Shown piece by piece: positions 41,617 to 52,420 of a DNA stretch of 64,000 nucleotides. The stretch is from positions 27,362 to 91,361 of IMG/VR virus record IMGVR_UViG_3300031772_000009; one strand, written 5' to 3'. This DNA is from a virus. The notes under the pieces are model-generated. The model was not told where the DNA came from, searched no databases, and saw only the letters and a program-made list of their open reading frames with translations. Every line of letters begins with the position of its first letter. Position 1 is the stretch's first letter. The position numbers were made by a program, and so were the translations under genes.

Positions 41617-43115
41617 TGGTCTACAGTGGTGGTCCATTTATAAGTCTCGGAACGTTTGGTAGTTACGGCGATTCAATAGGTCCAATAAACTTGCCATATG
41701 CTAGAGTTTCAGACAATATACAAACAATAATTGAAAAAACTATTACAGCCTTATTTGTTCCGTGGGAATGGTGGCTTGACTATACTGGAGCATTTCAAGT
41801 TGCTGAAGAAAGAGGAACAGACAAATCTGGAACGATTAATTTAGAAGCGGCTATACATATCGGTGAATCCACAAATGAACGAAGTAGTAAACAGACAAAA
41901 CAGAGAATAAGAGTTGTTGGAAGAGGAGAAAGTGCAGACCAAGACGAAAACACAAGTGACTGGCAAGAAGACACAACTGAAATGGCTACCATAAACAGTT
42001 TTTACGAATATGTTCAAGGAGAAAAAACAATATCAAGTAAATCAGAAGCCGATATATGGTCACAAGTTTTGCTTACTCTCGAAGCTTCAGTCAATCAAGA
42101 AATTACTATTCGTTTAGAAAACAATCCATACACTACCAACGATTTTGATGTTGGAGACTATATAACTGCAACTGACCCCGCCACTCTCATAAGCGGAAAA
42201 ATGAGAATCAAGACGATAGAAACAAACGTTGATGGGGACGGTGGAGAAGTAAACATTATAACATGTACTAAGCGGCGTACTGACATAAGTGACAGATTGG
42301 CTGACATATACAAAACCTTAGAAAAATTAATGTTGTCAAGCACTTACATAGATGCGATGTATGCGGAAGGTGGAAGCCAAACCAAAGTTTCTGCTAACAT
42401 TGTAGAAGATGTTTGGGAACAAACCGCAAGCAATAAATGGAATATTTATTTACCAGAAGAGGAAACAGTAACCGCCGAGATAACAGAATGTGATTATGGG
42501 ACTACTATAAATTATTGGTGTGATAAAGACATATTCGACATGGAATGTGGTGCAGACTCTTTCGGTATCATTATGTTAGACCAACCACGATTAAAGTTTA
42601 GTCGAGACCCAAGATTCACTTGTGAGTTCGAAATAGACACTGACACTGGCAATGCGTGGGAAGACGGTGATTTCGCATATATTAGAATTTGGCAAGTGGA
42701 TGACGCTGGTGGACTTTGTTCTGTTCCTTACGGAACTGCTGGTTTCGGATTCTTTATAGGTAAATCTTCTGGAACATATGTATTAAAAAGTTATCTTGCT
42801 GATGGAACTGGTACGACTGTTGAAATCAAAATTGCTAACATAACTACAGACATAAAATATATCGTGGAAGCAAGACTTCAATGGAAAGAAAAAATAATGA
42901 TGTTTTACTTTGGAAAAGCGGATGTTGACAAGGACGACCCAGACTACGGATTTAGATTGCGGGGAATTGCTCCAATGTCATTGGAAAGTGAAGATGAAGA
43001 TAACTTAGTTCCATTCCACATTGCAATTGATAGTCGTCATGGAGTAAAAACTCAAAAATGTGTTATTCTAATTTACAGATGGAAGACGCAAGCAGTAAGA
43101 GCCGTGAAAGGATAA
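41616..43115 (+). CDS. minor tail protein (siphovirus hub/Tal C-part)
   Basis: RGTDKS..., RIRVVGRG, FDVGDYI..D, coiled coil then lectin-like domain; ATG overlaps upstream TAA. Confidence 0.55.
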   Translation: MVYSGGPFISLGTFGSYGDSIGPINLPYARVSDNIQTIIEKTITALFVPWEWWLDYTGAFQVAEERGTDKSGTINLEAAIHIGESTNERSSKQTKQRIRVVGRGESADQDENTSDWQEDTTEMATINSFYEYVQGEKTISSKSEADIWSQVLLTLEASVNQEITIRLENNPYTTNDFDVGDYITATDPATLISGKMRIKTIETNVDGDGGEVNIITCTKRRTDISDRLADIYKTLEKLMLSSTYIDAMYAEGGSQTKVSANIVEDVWEQTASNKWNIYLPEEETVTAEITECDYGTTINYWCDKDIFDMECGADSFGIIMLDQPRLKFSRDPRFTCEFEIDTDTGNAWEDGDFAYIRIWQVDDAGGLCSVPYGTAGFGFFIGKSSGTYVLKSYLADGTGTTVEIKIANITTDIKYIVEARLQWKEKIMMFYFGKADVDKDDPDYGFRLRGIAPMSLESEDEDNLVPFHIAIDSRHGVKTQKCVILIYRWKTQAVRAVKG

Positions 43116-43155
43116 TGCGTATAAATAGGTATAATGTATATAATGGTGATGAATC

Positions 43156-43506
43156 ATGACGGTATCAATTGGGACAGTAAACCTTGACACTGTACTAGCT
43201 TGGGAAGAAGATGAAGAGATGACCATGCCAAAAAAGAGAATAGTTAGAAAGCCAACCCCAACTTCTCAAGCCGCATATTTCATACGTATGCCAAGACAAA
43301 TAGTTATTACTGCAAAAATGGACAAAACTGTAAAAGCGTCTCTTAGAGCATTAAAAAATCAAGGTTGTTGGCAACCACTATATGATTACGATGATTCATT
43401 TGTTGATTATGTGTGGATAGAGAAAATCCATACACAATGGCAAAAAGAGAAAGACCACAATTTACCATGGGTCTACGACATAACATTAACGTGTAGTTCT
43501 ACTTAG
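43156..43506 (+). CDS. small tail (Dit-like) protein
   Basis: Last + strand gene of the tail cluster; beta-rich. Confidence 0.4.
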   Translation: MTVSIGTVNLDTVLAWEEDEEMTMPKKRIVRKPTPTSQAAYFIRMPRQIVITAKMDKTVKASLRALKNQGCWQPLYDYDDSFVDYVWIEKIHTQWQKEKDHNLPWVYDITLTCSST

Positions 43507-45077
43507 ACCAATTTCCAATGGTTATTGTCTGGTTGACAGATTCTTGCTTCATCATATAACTTCTGAAGCAATTTTGGAACTTCTTCTTTCGGAATAAAAC
43601 CGTTTGTACTATTAGTAATCTCTTCTAACGTCATTGGATTTGTCTTACTTGTCACTAACACATTTAAAAGAATACTTATTCTGTCCGTTTGAGATTTTGG
43701 TTGATTAAACTGTTCAAGTCCGATTACGGTATTTTTATGTTCGGAATCTTGGTTGACGACAGACCATTTGTGAGGTTTCTTACTTGTGTCTTTACTGATT
43801 AAACCTATGGTTTCAAGATTTTTTAGCATTCCGTAAAGTCTATAATCGCTACACGGTCTATGATTAACCGTGAAGTATTGCTTAGAAATATCCATTTTGG
43901 TTGTTCCAATACAATTATTTGCTATTGAATAGACTACTTTCTCATAAAAGTCTAAACATTCTGGAGTCAACCCCAACTCATTGCTTTTATAGATTTTCTC
44001 GTAAATTTTCTCTGCAATCTCAATATCTGTTTGGTTACAATAAAGAGTTTTGCCATCTTCACTCTTTCTTCTATTCATGTGATTGTATAATGTCCATCCC
44101 TTAGCAATTGAGATTAGTCTTGGAAAATCACGCATTTCCTTTGGTTTCCAAGTCGTGGTCTTTTCAAGAAACCAATTTTTTAATTGTTCCATTAACTCTA
44201 TTGGAATAAAAATTGAAGAGATTTCCAAATGTTGAATATCTTCTACCCGCTTTTTTAAAGCCAATCTTGAAACTTCAGTTTCACGCCAAGCCGTATAGTT
44301 TTCATCACTGTTCTTCCTAGCGATTAAATCTAACGCATCCTTAATTTTTTCTTCACTGAATTCTGGTGTCAAAAGAAAGAATCTTGTCATTTCTTGTTCA
44401 TCAATCTCCGTGGATGCCGTACAGTAAATAGGAGTGAAGAATCCATCAATGATGACTTTTTTGGTTTTTAGGTCTTTACTACGAGTAATGGTGTAGATTG
44501 CTCTCTTTTTGGAATGGTCTGTCAAAGTTCTCATGGTTGCTAACAATTTCGTATCGGGCATATCTGGAAGCACGATAATCATTCTTGAATAGTCCAGATA
44601 AAATGCTTTATTTCTGAGTTTGTTTTGCCAATCAACATAATCTTGTGCCGTAGAATTCTTCTCTTTAGACGGAGCATCATCATATGAAATCGGAGTTAAA
44701 TCTCTACCATCAACCAAAATTGCCGTATTTTCATGTATAAAACTTGTTTTGCTTGCCCCGTCAAACGATAAAATCTTCGGAAAATACCATGCGACTTCGT
44801 TGATAATGTAAGTTTTTCCTTTACTTGATTCTCCACTTAGAATAATGTTAATTTGTTCAGACTCAGTATAAGTTAGTAGGCAAGCCAAAAACAAAATAAC
44901 TTTTGCATCATCATCTCGTTTTATCGTGGTTGAAAGAACTTGATTAAGTTCTTCAATTGTCATTTCTCTCTTGTTGATTTCTAATGCTTTCTCAAGAGAA
45001 TCTTGTCTCTGTTCTTCTGTCATTAAACCACAACTGGATGTAACTGTCCATCGTCTATTTGATATAAACATTGCCAA
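43503..45077 (-). CDS. AAA+ replicative helicase-like protein (MCM-related) with winged-helix C-terminus
   Basis: ILSGESSKGKT, TRF, RDFPRL sensor-like, wHTH repeats; divergent from primase. Confidence 0.6.
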   Translation of the reverse strand: MAMFISNRRWTVTSSCGLMTEEQRQDSLEKALEINKREMTIEELNQVLSTTIKRDDDAKVILFLACLLTYTESEQINIILSGESSKGKTYIINEVAWYFPKILSFDGASKTSFIHENTAILVDGRDLTPISYDDAPSKEKNSTAQDYVDWQNKLRNKAFYLDYSRMIIVLPDMPDTKLLATMRTLTDHSKKRAIYTITRSKDLKTKKVIIDGFFTPIYCTASTEIDEQEMTRFFLLTPEFSEEKIKDALDLIARKNSDENYTAWRETEVSRLALKKRVEDIQHLEISSIFIPIELMEQLKNWFLEKTTTWKPKEMRDFPRLISIAKGWTLYNHMNRRKSEDGKTLYCNQTDIEIAEKIYEKIYKSNELGLTPECLDFYEKVVYSIANNCIGTTKMDISKQYFTVNHRPCSDYRLYGMLKNLETIGLISKDTSKKPHKWSVVNQDSEHKNTVIGLEQFNQPKSQTDRISILLNVLVTSKTNPMTLEEITNSTNGFIPKEEVPKLLQKLYDEARICQPDNNHWKLV

Positions 45078-45125
45078 TCTGACTAATAAAGGTTTGGTGA
45101 TACAACCGTTTATTTTATCTGTTGG

Positions 45126-45590
45126 TTATAAGCATTTCTCTTTAAGACTTAAAATTTGTTGCCATGTTAATCTTAACATATTCATACAAAAGTGTAATCC
45201 TCTATGGCATCTGTAACAAACCAAAACAAAATCTTTTGGATGTTTTCTTATATAATAAGGAGTAGAATTACCAATCGGATGTTTATTTCCGTTGACTTCA
45301 TGAAATGAAAGTTTCTTCTCATATTTACATAAAAAACACTTATTGCCAAATTCTAAACGAAGTTTGTTTTTTAATTCTTTACAATGTTCATTACTATGGT
45401 TATCTTTTCTCAATCTTTGTTTTTTTCTTACATAGTCTTTATGTCTTTGATATTTTTCTGGGTATTTTTTCCAATACTCTCGATAGTATTCTCTCATATA
45501 TTTACGTTTTTTCTCATCCATTCTAATCATCAGATATAGTACACAAACAACTATATAAACATTACGATGAATTGTTTTTATATAATACAA
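45126..45590 (-). CDS. HNH endonuclease
   Basis: FGNKCFLC...FHE...VCYRCH. Confidence 0.75.
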   Translation of the reverse strand: MYYIKTIHRNVYIVVCVLYLMIRMDEKKRKYMREYYREYWKKYPEKYQRHKDYVRKKQRLRKDNHSNEHCKELKNKLRLEFGNKCFLCKYEKKLSFHEVNGNKHPIGNSTPYYIRKHPKDFVLVCYRCHRGLHFCMNMLRLTWQQILSLKEKCL

Positions 45591-45636
45591 TAAACCTTTA
45601 TATATCAGAAAACGTAATACTTATAACAGACCTAAA

Positions 45637-46755
45637 ATGTCTGAGAAAATATCCTTTCATGGTGACTTAACTCTTAACAAATTCTGGGTAACGTGGTTTG
45701 GAATCCAAGGTAGAGAATTAGGTTCGACTGTTCCACATAGTTTTGGAACTCATCCTAAAGACTACAAAGAAAGCCATAGAATGTTCACTAATGACCCGAA
45801 AGTTTATCTCCAGTTTATTGACTGGTGTATAGAAAACAAAAATGCGTGTTGGATTACCAGTCAACCAATGAGAGCCTATAACACTCCGTTTGGACTGGAG
45901 AAACTGTTCTTTGACTTCGACTATCACCTTAAAGAAAACGAAGTTATGACTCCAGCCAAAAGAGAAAAAGTTGGTTCTATGGTAACAAAGTTCGTAGAGG
46001 AACTTGAAGTAGAGCCGCTTATCGTGGGTACACGAAAAGGATTTCACGTTTACGTTTTTCTAAGAAAAGTATATGAAGTTGAAGAAAGAAATATTGAGTT
46101 TGCCAAAGAAGTCTTCGGAGTTCTCTGTCTGTCCCAAATCAAAATTAACAAGTTATATCAAGAACTTTCAGAGGAAGACAGAGAGAAATGGAAGTATCTG
46201 GATTTCAGTCCTCTCGGAGACATAATGCGTATGGCAAGAGTTCCGTTGACTCCACATGAAAAGACTGGGGCAATATGCCAAATTCTGGATGGAAACTTGA
46301 AACCAACAAAAGTTAGAGATTTAGACCTATATAAAGGTTACGGTTTGCGGGAAGACGCTATAAGGGAAGCCGTTGAAACGGTTAAGGCTTATCATAAAAG
46401 GAAAATTGTTAAGGAGTGGGGACAAATTGACCGTGGAGCAAAATCCCTCTATAAAACAAACGGAGAATTTAAAGGGCAATTGAGACCGTGTTTTACTGAA
46501 CGATTGAAACTTGGGGAAATGCAACATCAACAACGGTTGGCATTATTAACGGAGATGTGGTGGAGTGGCTACAAAACAAAAGAGGTAATGTTGCAAATCT
46601 GTAGACAATTTAAAGATTTCACTGAAAAAGAAAGTATGAACCAAATAAACGACTTCTTCAAACATGAAAGATGGAAGTTCAAACCTTATCGCTGTGACAC
46701 GATAAAAAGTCACGGCTGGTGCATCAAAAGTGAATGTCAAATGTTTAGGGAGTAA
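45637..46755 (+). CDS. archaeo-eukaryotic primase, PriS catalytic domain fused to PriL-like Fe-S C-terminal domain
   Basis: FFDFD, RKGFHVY, D..RMARVP.T.H; PC...H.QRL...PYRC.TI...WC...C. Confidence 0.8.
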   Translation: MSEKISFHGDLTLNKFWVTWFGIQGRELGSTVPHSFGTHPKDYKESHRMFTNDPKVYLQFIDWCIENKNACWITSQPMRAYNTPFGLEKLFFDFDYHLKENEVMTPAKREKVGSMVTKFVEELEVEPLIVGTRKGFHVYVFLRKVYEVEERNIEFAKEVFGVLCLSQIKINKLYQELSEEDREKWKYLDFSPLGDIMRMARVPLTPHEKTGAICQILDGNLKPTKVRDLDLYKGYGLREDAIREAVETVKAYHKRKIVKEWGQIDRGAKSLYKTNGEFKGQLRPCFTERLKLGEMQHQQRLALLTEMWWSGYKTKEVMLQICRQFKDFTEKESMNQINDFFKHERWKFKPYRCDTIKSHGWCIKSECQMFRE

Positions 46756-46800
46756 GAACGCTTTTATACTTCCTCATCCATAATACCTATTGTGGTCTAA

Positions 46801-47127
46801 ATGATAAGTGAGATAATATTGGGAATTGTTTGGGCAATATTTCTGCTATACCTAACTCTTAACATTTATCTCATTAAGAAATCCAGAGAACGTGTTTATG
46901 ACCCATTCGGCTTCGGACAGATAGTAACATGTATATTGTTATGTGAAAACTGTGGGGCTAATGGAGCAAAACTTTTTGAAAGGGGGGACTTCATATTCAA
47001 ACCAGTATATGAATGTCCAACATGTAAAAAAGGAAACGTGATGATAACCGAGATTCTTTGCCTTGAAACGAAAATCAAAACCAAAGACGAACTCAAATAC
47101 GAGAAACTTGTCGAAAAATGGAAATAA
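46801..47127 (+). CDS. archaeal membrane-anchored Zn-ribbon protein (host-like)
   Basis: TM + CENCG..FERGDFIFK...CPTC...ITEI. Confidence 0.55.
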   Translation: MISEIILGIVWAIFLLYLTLNIYLIKKSRERVYDPFGFGQIVTCILLCENCGANGAKLFERGDFIFKPVYECPTCKKGNVMITEILCLETKIKTKDELKYEKLVEKWK

Positions 47128-47420
47128 AGAAAACCTTTATAACCATCTGACCATATAATATAGTATGGCGATTGTATGAGACGAAAAACCAAAGTTTCTG
47201 AAACCATTGAAGCTTTATCTAAACTCAAGGATTGTCCAGAAGAATTAGTTAAATTGGCTAACACGAATTTTGAGAAAGCATGTGTTATTGAACTTATCGA
47301 ATTCAGCAAAAAGATGGAAGGTCTAAAAAAGGACATTTCATGGCTCAAGTATCTTGTTAAGGCAATATTTACTGTTACAATTGTTTCAGTTGTAGCCCAG
47401 ATTCTATTAAAGGTGATTTA

Positions 47421-47774
47421 GTGACCGAAGAAGAAGAAGTTGAAACTGGGAAATCTTATCTTAAAGCCATGGAATACAACTTGAAATTAATGGAAGATGC
47501 CAAACCGAAAGACAGACTGGAATACGCTAAAGAATTATTGCGGTGTATGCAAATCTTAACGTTGAGTGTAAAAGGTTGGCGGAGTTGGCTTGCCAATTAT
47601 GAGATTGTTGACAATATAACTTTGGAAGAGTTCCAAGAAATCTATCCTAAAATGAGGCAACTCATTACTGATTTCATAAAGTTAGACCTCGAAATAACCA
47701 AAAAGAAGTTTGCTGAAGAGGAAAAGAAAACACCGTCTAAGACTATTCCTAAGAAAGAAAAGTATATTTCTTAA
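47421..47774 (+). CDS. DUF2153-like archaeal protein
   Basis: DRLE......SVKGWRSWL...LEE......FIKLDLEIT. Confidence 0.6.
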   Translation: MTEEEEVETGKSYLKAMEYNLKLMEDAKPKDRLEYAKELLRCMQILTLSVKGWRSWLANYEIVDNITLEEFQEIYPKMRQLITDFIKLDLEITKKKFAEEEKKTPSKTIPKKEKYIS

Positions 47775-47828
47775 CCCATTTTTTAGAAACCCTTATATAA
47801 CACATTTCTTATTAGATAGTATCATAAG

Positions 47829-48629
47829 GTGAAATATGTGAGTAGTGAAAATGATAAAGAAACTTCTTTTGCAGACCCTAGCAAAATAGATGGAAAAGAA
47901 GACCTTCAAAAGAAACAACCACAAGGCGAATATCCGTTATTCAAGAAGTTGGACGCTATTGTGGAAGCAATAAAAGAACAGACAAAGGCTGATATTGCAC
48001 TTAAAGATGCTATGAATGCTCTGTTAACGTCTTTCATTGTGAAAAGCAACAAGGTAGAACCGAAACCCCCAGTTCAAGTATCGAAAGAAGCCGAGAAGAA
48101 GTCAAGTCCAGCAGAGTTGCCATATGACATTGTTAAGATAACGTGGACTCCATGCAATAACGGAAGAATGGCTTATCCAGACGCTCCAGCAAATAAAGAG
48201 AATAAAGACTTCAAGGCAATGCAAACGTTTCTGCAAGAAGTTGGCGGTTCAACGAGTAGTAAAGGCGGATTATGGTATAAGATTTTTGATAATGGAGCAA
48301 TATTTGAGAAGAGTCTCAAAAAGGAAGAGACAAATCAAACTCAACAACCGTTACCATTACCGAAATCAAACGATTCCAAACTTGAGCAAGCTTTAGGACA
48401 TACTCCACCACCACAACCCAATTCTAAAGTAGACCAAATAAAAATATTGTTTCCAGAAGATTTAGAGAATATGTTGATGTTTTCTGAGGAAGGTGATGGA
48501 GTAACTATTAAGCCTAGACAATTCTTGGGTTCGGAGAACTTTGCGAAGATAGCTTCTGTAGTTCGTGGTGCTGGCGGAGAATATGTTAGTGCTGGCAAAG
48601 CGAGTCATTTCAAAATAAAACTGAAGTGA
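47829..48629 (+). CDS. hypothetical protein with archaeal conserved C-terminal domain
   Basis: KPRQFLGSENFAKIASVVR.AGGEYVSAGK.SHF. Confidence 0.5.
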   Translation: MKYVSSENDKETSFADPSKIDGKEDLQKKQPQGEYPLFKKLDAIVEAIKEQTKADIALKDAMNALLTSFIVKSNKVEPKPPVQVSKEAEKKSSPAELPYDIVKITWTPCNNGRMAYPDAPANKENKDFKAMQTFLQEVGGSTSSKGGLWYKIFDNGAIFEKSLKKEETNQTQQPLPLPKSNDSKLEQALGHTPPPQPNSKVDQIKILFPEDLENMLMFSEEGDGVTIKPRQFLGSENFAKIASVVRGAGGEYVSAGKASHFKIKLK

Positions 48630-48827
48630 TAAGATGATTAAGAAATGTAAGAATCCAACATGTCAAAAAGAATTCAAGACTTACAACAGTAAACGAAAGT
48701 TCTGTTCCAGAAAATGTTTCTATGAATGGCTAAAGAAAGTTTCAATGGATAGTGAACCTAACCATCCAGAACTATTGGAGACACGGGTGGATACTGGAAC
48801 AAATATAGATACTGGAGATAAATAAAA

Positions 48828-49772
48828 ATGCCAATCACACTTGATTATGATTCAACTGAAGTTAAAGTTCTAACAGTGAAACCTAAAGGCAAAGACGAAT
48901 TCATGTATCTGGTCTTCTTAGGCGACATTCATCTTGGACATACTGATTGTTCATTGAGTTATTTACAGAAAGCCGTAACATTGATTAAACGTCTATCAGA
49001 AAAACATGCAGTAGTTGTAATCTTGATGGGAGACTTGATTGAGACAGACAAAGACTATGCGGCTGAATTCATGATTGAAGACGTTATTGAGAGGACACAA
49101 GAACAATTCGTAACAGCAATGCAATATCTTGACCCAATAAAGCATCTTTGCAAGTTTGCTGTTTGGGGAAACCATGAAGAACGACTGATAAGAGATACTA
49201 AAAGCAAACGGATATTGGAAATGGTTGACATAACCAATCTATATGAAGTAATATTGAAGAAACTCAATCCAGAAATATATGTTGCCGCTCCCCAACGTGG
49301 AATTCTGCTTCAGTTGACTTGTGGAAAACAAAGTTACGACATACGATTTGCTCACGGAGCTTACGGTGGTTATAAACGTCCAGAACTTCAATGTGAACGT
49401 GAAAGCAACAACTATCCAATGGCGGCACTAATCGCTATGGGACATCATCACCAGAAATTCTGGAATGAACGAGTCAAAATGGGCTTGGAAAAGTCTCAAC
49501 GTGCCATATACCTTCAATATTGGCTTGGAACTGGAACATTCTTGAAATATCCGTCATATGCTGAACGAAAAAGTTACCCGATAAACGTGATGGGATGCCC
49601 AATAATCAAGGTATATGCAAACGTGCAACATCTCGAATATCTGAATAGTCCAGAGTTTCAACCACGGTTCATAAAGTCTGCTGGTGGACTACCGTTAATA
49701 CCCAGAGTATCTTTAAACGAGATGTTTAAAAGAAGGTATGGTGTCCACAAACTATGCCTCTACGAGAAATAA
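48828..49772 (+). CDS. calcineurin-like metallophosphoesterase
   Basis: GDIH, MGD, GNHE, AHG, GHHH. Confidence 0.85.
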   Translation: MPITLDYDSTEVKVLTVKPKGKDEFMYLVFLGDIHLGHTDCSLSYLQKAVTLIKRLSEKHAVVVILMGDLIETDKDYAAEFMIEDVIERTQEQFVTAMQYLDPIKHLCKFAVWGNHEERLIRDTKSKRILEMVDITNLYEVILKKLNPEIYVAAPQRGILLQLTCGKQSYDIRFAHGAYGGYKRPELQCERESNNYPMAALIAMGHHHQKFWNERVKMGLEKSQRAIYLQYWLGTGTFLKYPSYAERKSYPINVMGCPIIKVYANVQHLEYLNSPEFQPRFIKSAGGLPLIPRVSLNEMFKRRYGVHKLCLYEK

Positions 49773-50242
49773 AGCAATCAACTGGTTTTATCAGAATAAA
49801 GACGGAAGGAAAAGTAACCGTCTCATCTTCTCTTATTCCTAAGTTTTTTAATGGAAAACGATTCGTGAAAATATTTCACGATGAAGAAAAGAAATTGATA
49901 GGATTTGAGCCGTCTGATACTGGATACAAATTAATGTTCTATAATAGACATTATTCTTTGACATGTCATTTCTTATCCCGTATAGTTCAAGGTGAATTCT
50001 ACCCATCTTGGTCTAAAAAACACAACATGTTGGTGTTTTCATATGAAGCAAAACTGGGAAATTGAAACTTATTGGAGTTTTTCTACTCCACTCACAGTAA
50101 AACTTCCGTCATGGAAACATTATCCGCTAGATTTATATCTTGCGGAGTATATAGTTACTCTTAGGATGCGTGATTACATGATTAATGAGGACTATAAAAT
50201 TCATTCTACAATGATTGATAATGGGAGTGTGATTATGACGGC

Positions 50243-52420
50243 ATGACACACGAATGGGATTGGAATAGTTGGATTAGACGAAAGAAACCAGTACCTAAAA
50301 TCGAACCAGAAATAGTAACAAAAGTAACAGAAGTAACAAAAGAATGGGATTGGAATAACTGGACTACAACAGAAGGGTTTCCAGTTTCAACCGAACTTAT
50401 GGATTGGGTGATTGGACAAGATAGAGCCATTGAAGAAACCAAATTATGCATAGATGAATGGATAAACAAACTGTCATGGTTAAAAAAGAAAGAATGGTGG
50501 AAGGATTTTGAAGACCCTAAAGCACAAAAACCTCAACCTAAAGACTGGCTTCCAGTTGGACCTTACCTACTTTTGCTTGGAGATGCTGGAACTGGAAAAA
50601 GCCTTTTGGGAAGGGCAATGTCTAGTTACATGACGAAACTCTACAAGGAAAAGGGACTGAAACTCTACGATGTGTTGTCGTGGAAAAACCCAACTTTACC
50701 GTCTGAACCTAAAATTAGCATTCATCCGTCTGGAACTGGAAAATCAGTAATATTCAATTCCACGTTAAAGAACAGAAAGAAATCATTCTTTTCAAGATGG
50801 GGAATGAAACTTTTTGTAGGATTCATGGTTGGGATGGGTATGTTAATACTTGGTTTAGGATTCTATTTTACATCGTTATTAATGCGAGAAGGCATACCAT
50901 TCCAATATGCATTAAGTCCATATATCCAGTATATGGTTGCTGGTGGCGGGTTAATGTTTAGTGGTATATTTATACGTTTCTTTAGTCGAGTAGTGGGAAA
51001 CATGGGAAGTGGAACTCAAGGAATCGGCGGAGCAACATCGTCAAATTGTCCAAAATTACTCATTGACAATTCATCTGAAAAAACACCTTTCATAGACGCA
51101 ACTGGTCACGGTTCAGCCCAACTATTCGGCTCAATTGCTTGGGACCCATATCAGACTGGCGGGTTGGGAACTCCAGAACATCAGAGAGTTACTGCTGGAG
51201 ACGTTCATAGAGCACATTTGGGAATTCTTTACATTGACGAACTCAAAAATTTAACTGGGCAAGAAGCAATTACTTTGTTAACTGTTCTTGAGGATGCTCA
51301 ACTTCCAATAGCGTTAAGAAGTCTAGTTCATGGCGGCGACACGGCGGCAATGTCTGTTTCTACAGAACCAATTCCGTCCATGGTATTCTTTATAGGTGCT
51401 GGAAATTTGGACAGTCTTCAACATATTCATCAAGCGTTACTTGACCGTATCCAAGGTTATGGCAAAGTTGTTTATATGAACAATGACATGTCAAACACGG
51501 AAGAAAACAGACGGAAAGTGATACAATTTATAGCTCAAGAAATCAAGAGATTCAACCTTTTGCCCTTTGACAGAGAAGCATGTGAAGAAATAATTGCTGA
51601 GTTCAGAAGAAAAAGTGGTTTCAAAAACAAGTTGACAACGAAGTTTAGACCAATGATTAGTATAATTAAAACTGCAAGTACATTAACTACGAATGAAGGT
51701 TTATCTATAGTCAAAAAGAAACACGTTGATGAAGCAGTAAAAGTCCACTGTAAAAACATTGGGATGCAGATATTGGAAAGACAAGTCGAAAAACAAAAAC
51801 TATACAATGTGATTACACCGTCTTCTAAACCAAAGAAAGGACAAATATTTGGTTTAGCCGTTTTAACTTCAGATAATGAAGACGTTATGGTTGGTTCAGT
51901 TTTGCCAATACGTGCTTCAATGATAAAATGTGAACTTGTGAAACTTGGGGAACTCGTCACTCAAGAAGAGGGGTATTTCCACGTTACTGGAGTAGAAACA
52001 GTAAACCTAAACAGTTGGGTACAACACAGTATTTCAAAAGTGGTACATGTCTTCGCTCAGAAATACAAAATAAACTTGAGTAAATATAAGACACATATTG
52101 ATTTTGCACAGAGTATTGGCATTGACGGTCCAAGTGCTGGAGTCACAATGGCATTGGCTTTAATATCAATATACAAAAACAAAAAGATAAGACAAGACGT
52201 TGCGGTTACTGGAGAAATCAACATTGGCATTGATGGAAAAGTAGAGATAACTCCAATCGGTGGAGTTCATGAGAAAATTATGGCGGCTCAAGAAATCGGA
52301 ATCAAAAAGGTTCTGATTCCAAAAAGAAACTATGAAGTAAATATTAATCCAGCAGACTATACGATTGAGGTTGTTGGATGTGAAACGTTAGAGGATTATA
52401 TGAGGGAAATTCTTGTCTAA
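50243..52420 (+). CDS. lonB: ATP-dependent Lon protease, archaeal LonB type
   Basis: GQD, GDAGTGKS, TM insert in AAA domain, LFGSI..DP..GGLGTP, AH.GILYIDE, DGPSAG Ser and GGVHEK Lys dyad. Confidence 0.92.
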   Translation: MTHEWDWNSWIRRKKPVPKIEPEIVTKVTEVTKEWDWNNWTTTEGFPVSTELMDWVIGQDRAIEETKLCIDEWINKLSWLKKKEWWKDFEDPKAQKPQPKDWLPVGPYLLLLGDAGTGKSLLGRAMSSYMTKLYKEKGLKLYDVLSWKNPTLPSEPKISIHPSGTGKSVIFNSTLKNRKKSFFSRWGMKLFVGFMVGMGMLILGLGFYFTSLLMREGIPFQYALSPYIQYMVAGGGLMFSGIFIRFFSRVVGNMGSGTQGIGGATSSNCPKLLIDNSSEKTPFIDATGHGSAQLFGSIAWDPYQTGGLGTPEHQRVTAGDVHRAHLGILYIDELKNLTGQEAITLLTVLEDAQLPIALRSLVHGGDTAAMSVSTEPIPSMVFFIGAGNLDSLQHIHQALLDRIQGYGKVVYMNNDMSNTEENRRKVIQFIAQEIKRFNLLPFDREACEEIIAEFRRKSGFKNKLTTKFRPMISIIKTASTLTTNEGLSIVKKKHVDEAVKVHCKNIGMQILERQVEKQKLYNVITPSSKPKKGQIFGLAVLTSDNEDVMVGSVLPIRASMIKCELVKLGELVTQEEGYFHVTGVETVNLNSWVQHSISKVVHVFAQKYKINLSKYKTHIDFAQSIGIDGPSAGVTMALALISIYKNKKIRQDVAVTGEINIGIDGKVEITPIGGVHEKIMAAQEIGIKKVLIPKRNYEVNINPADYTIEVVGCETLEDYMREILV

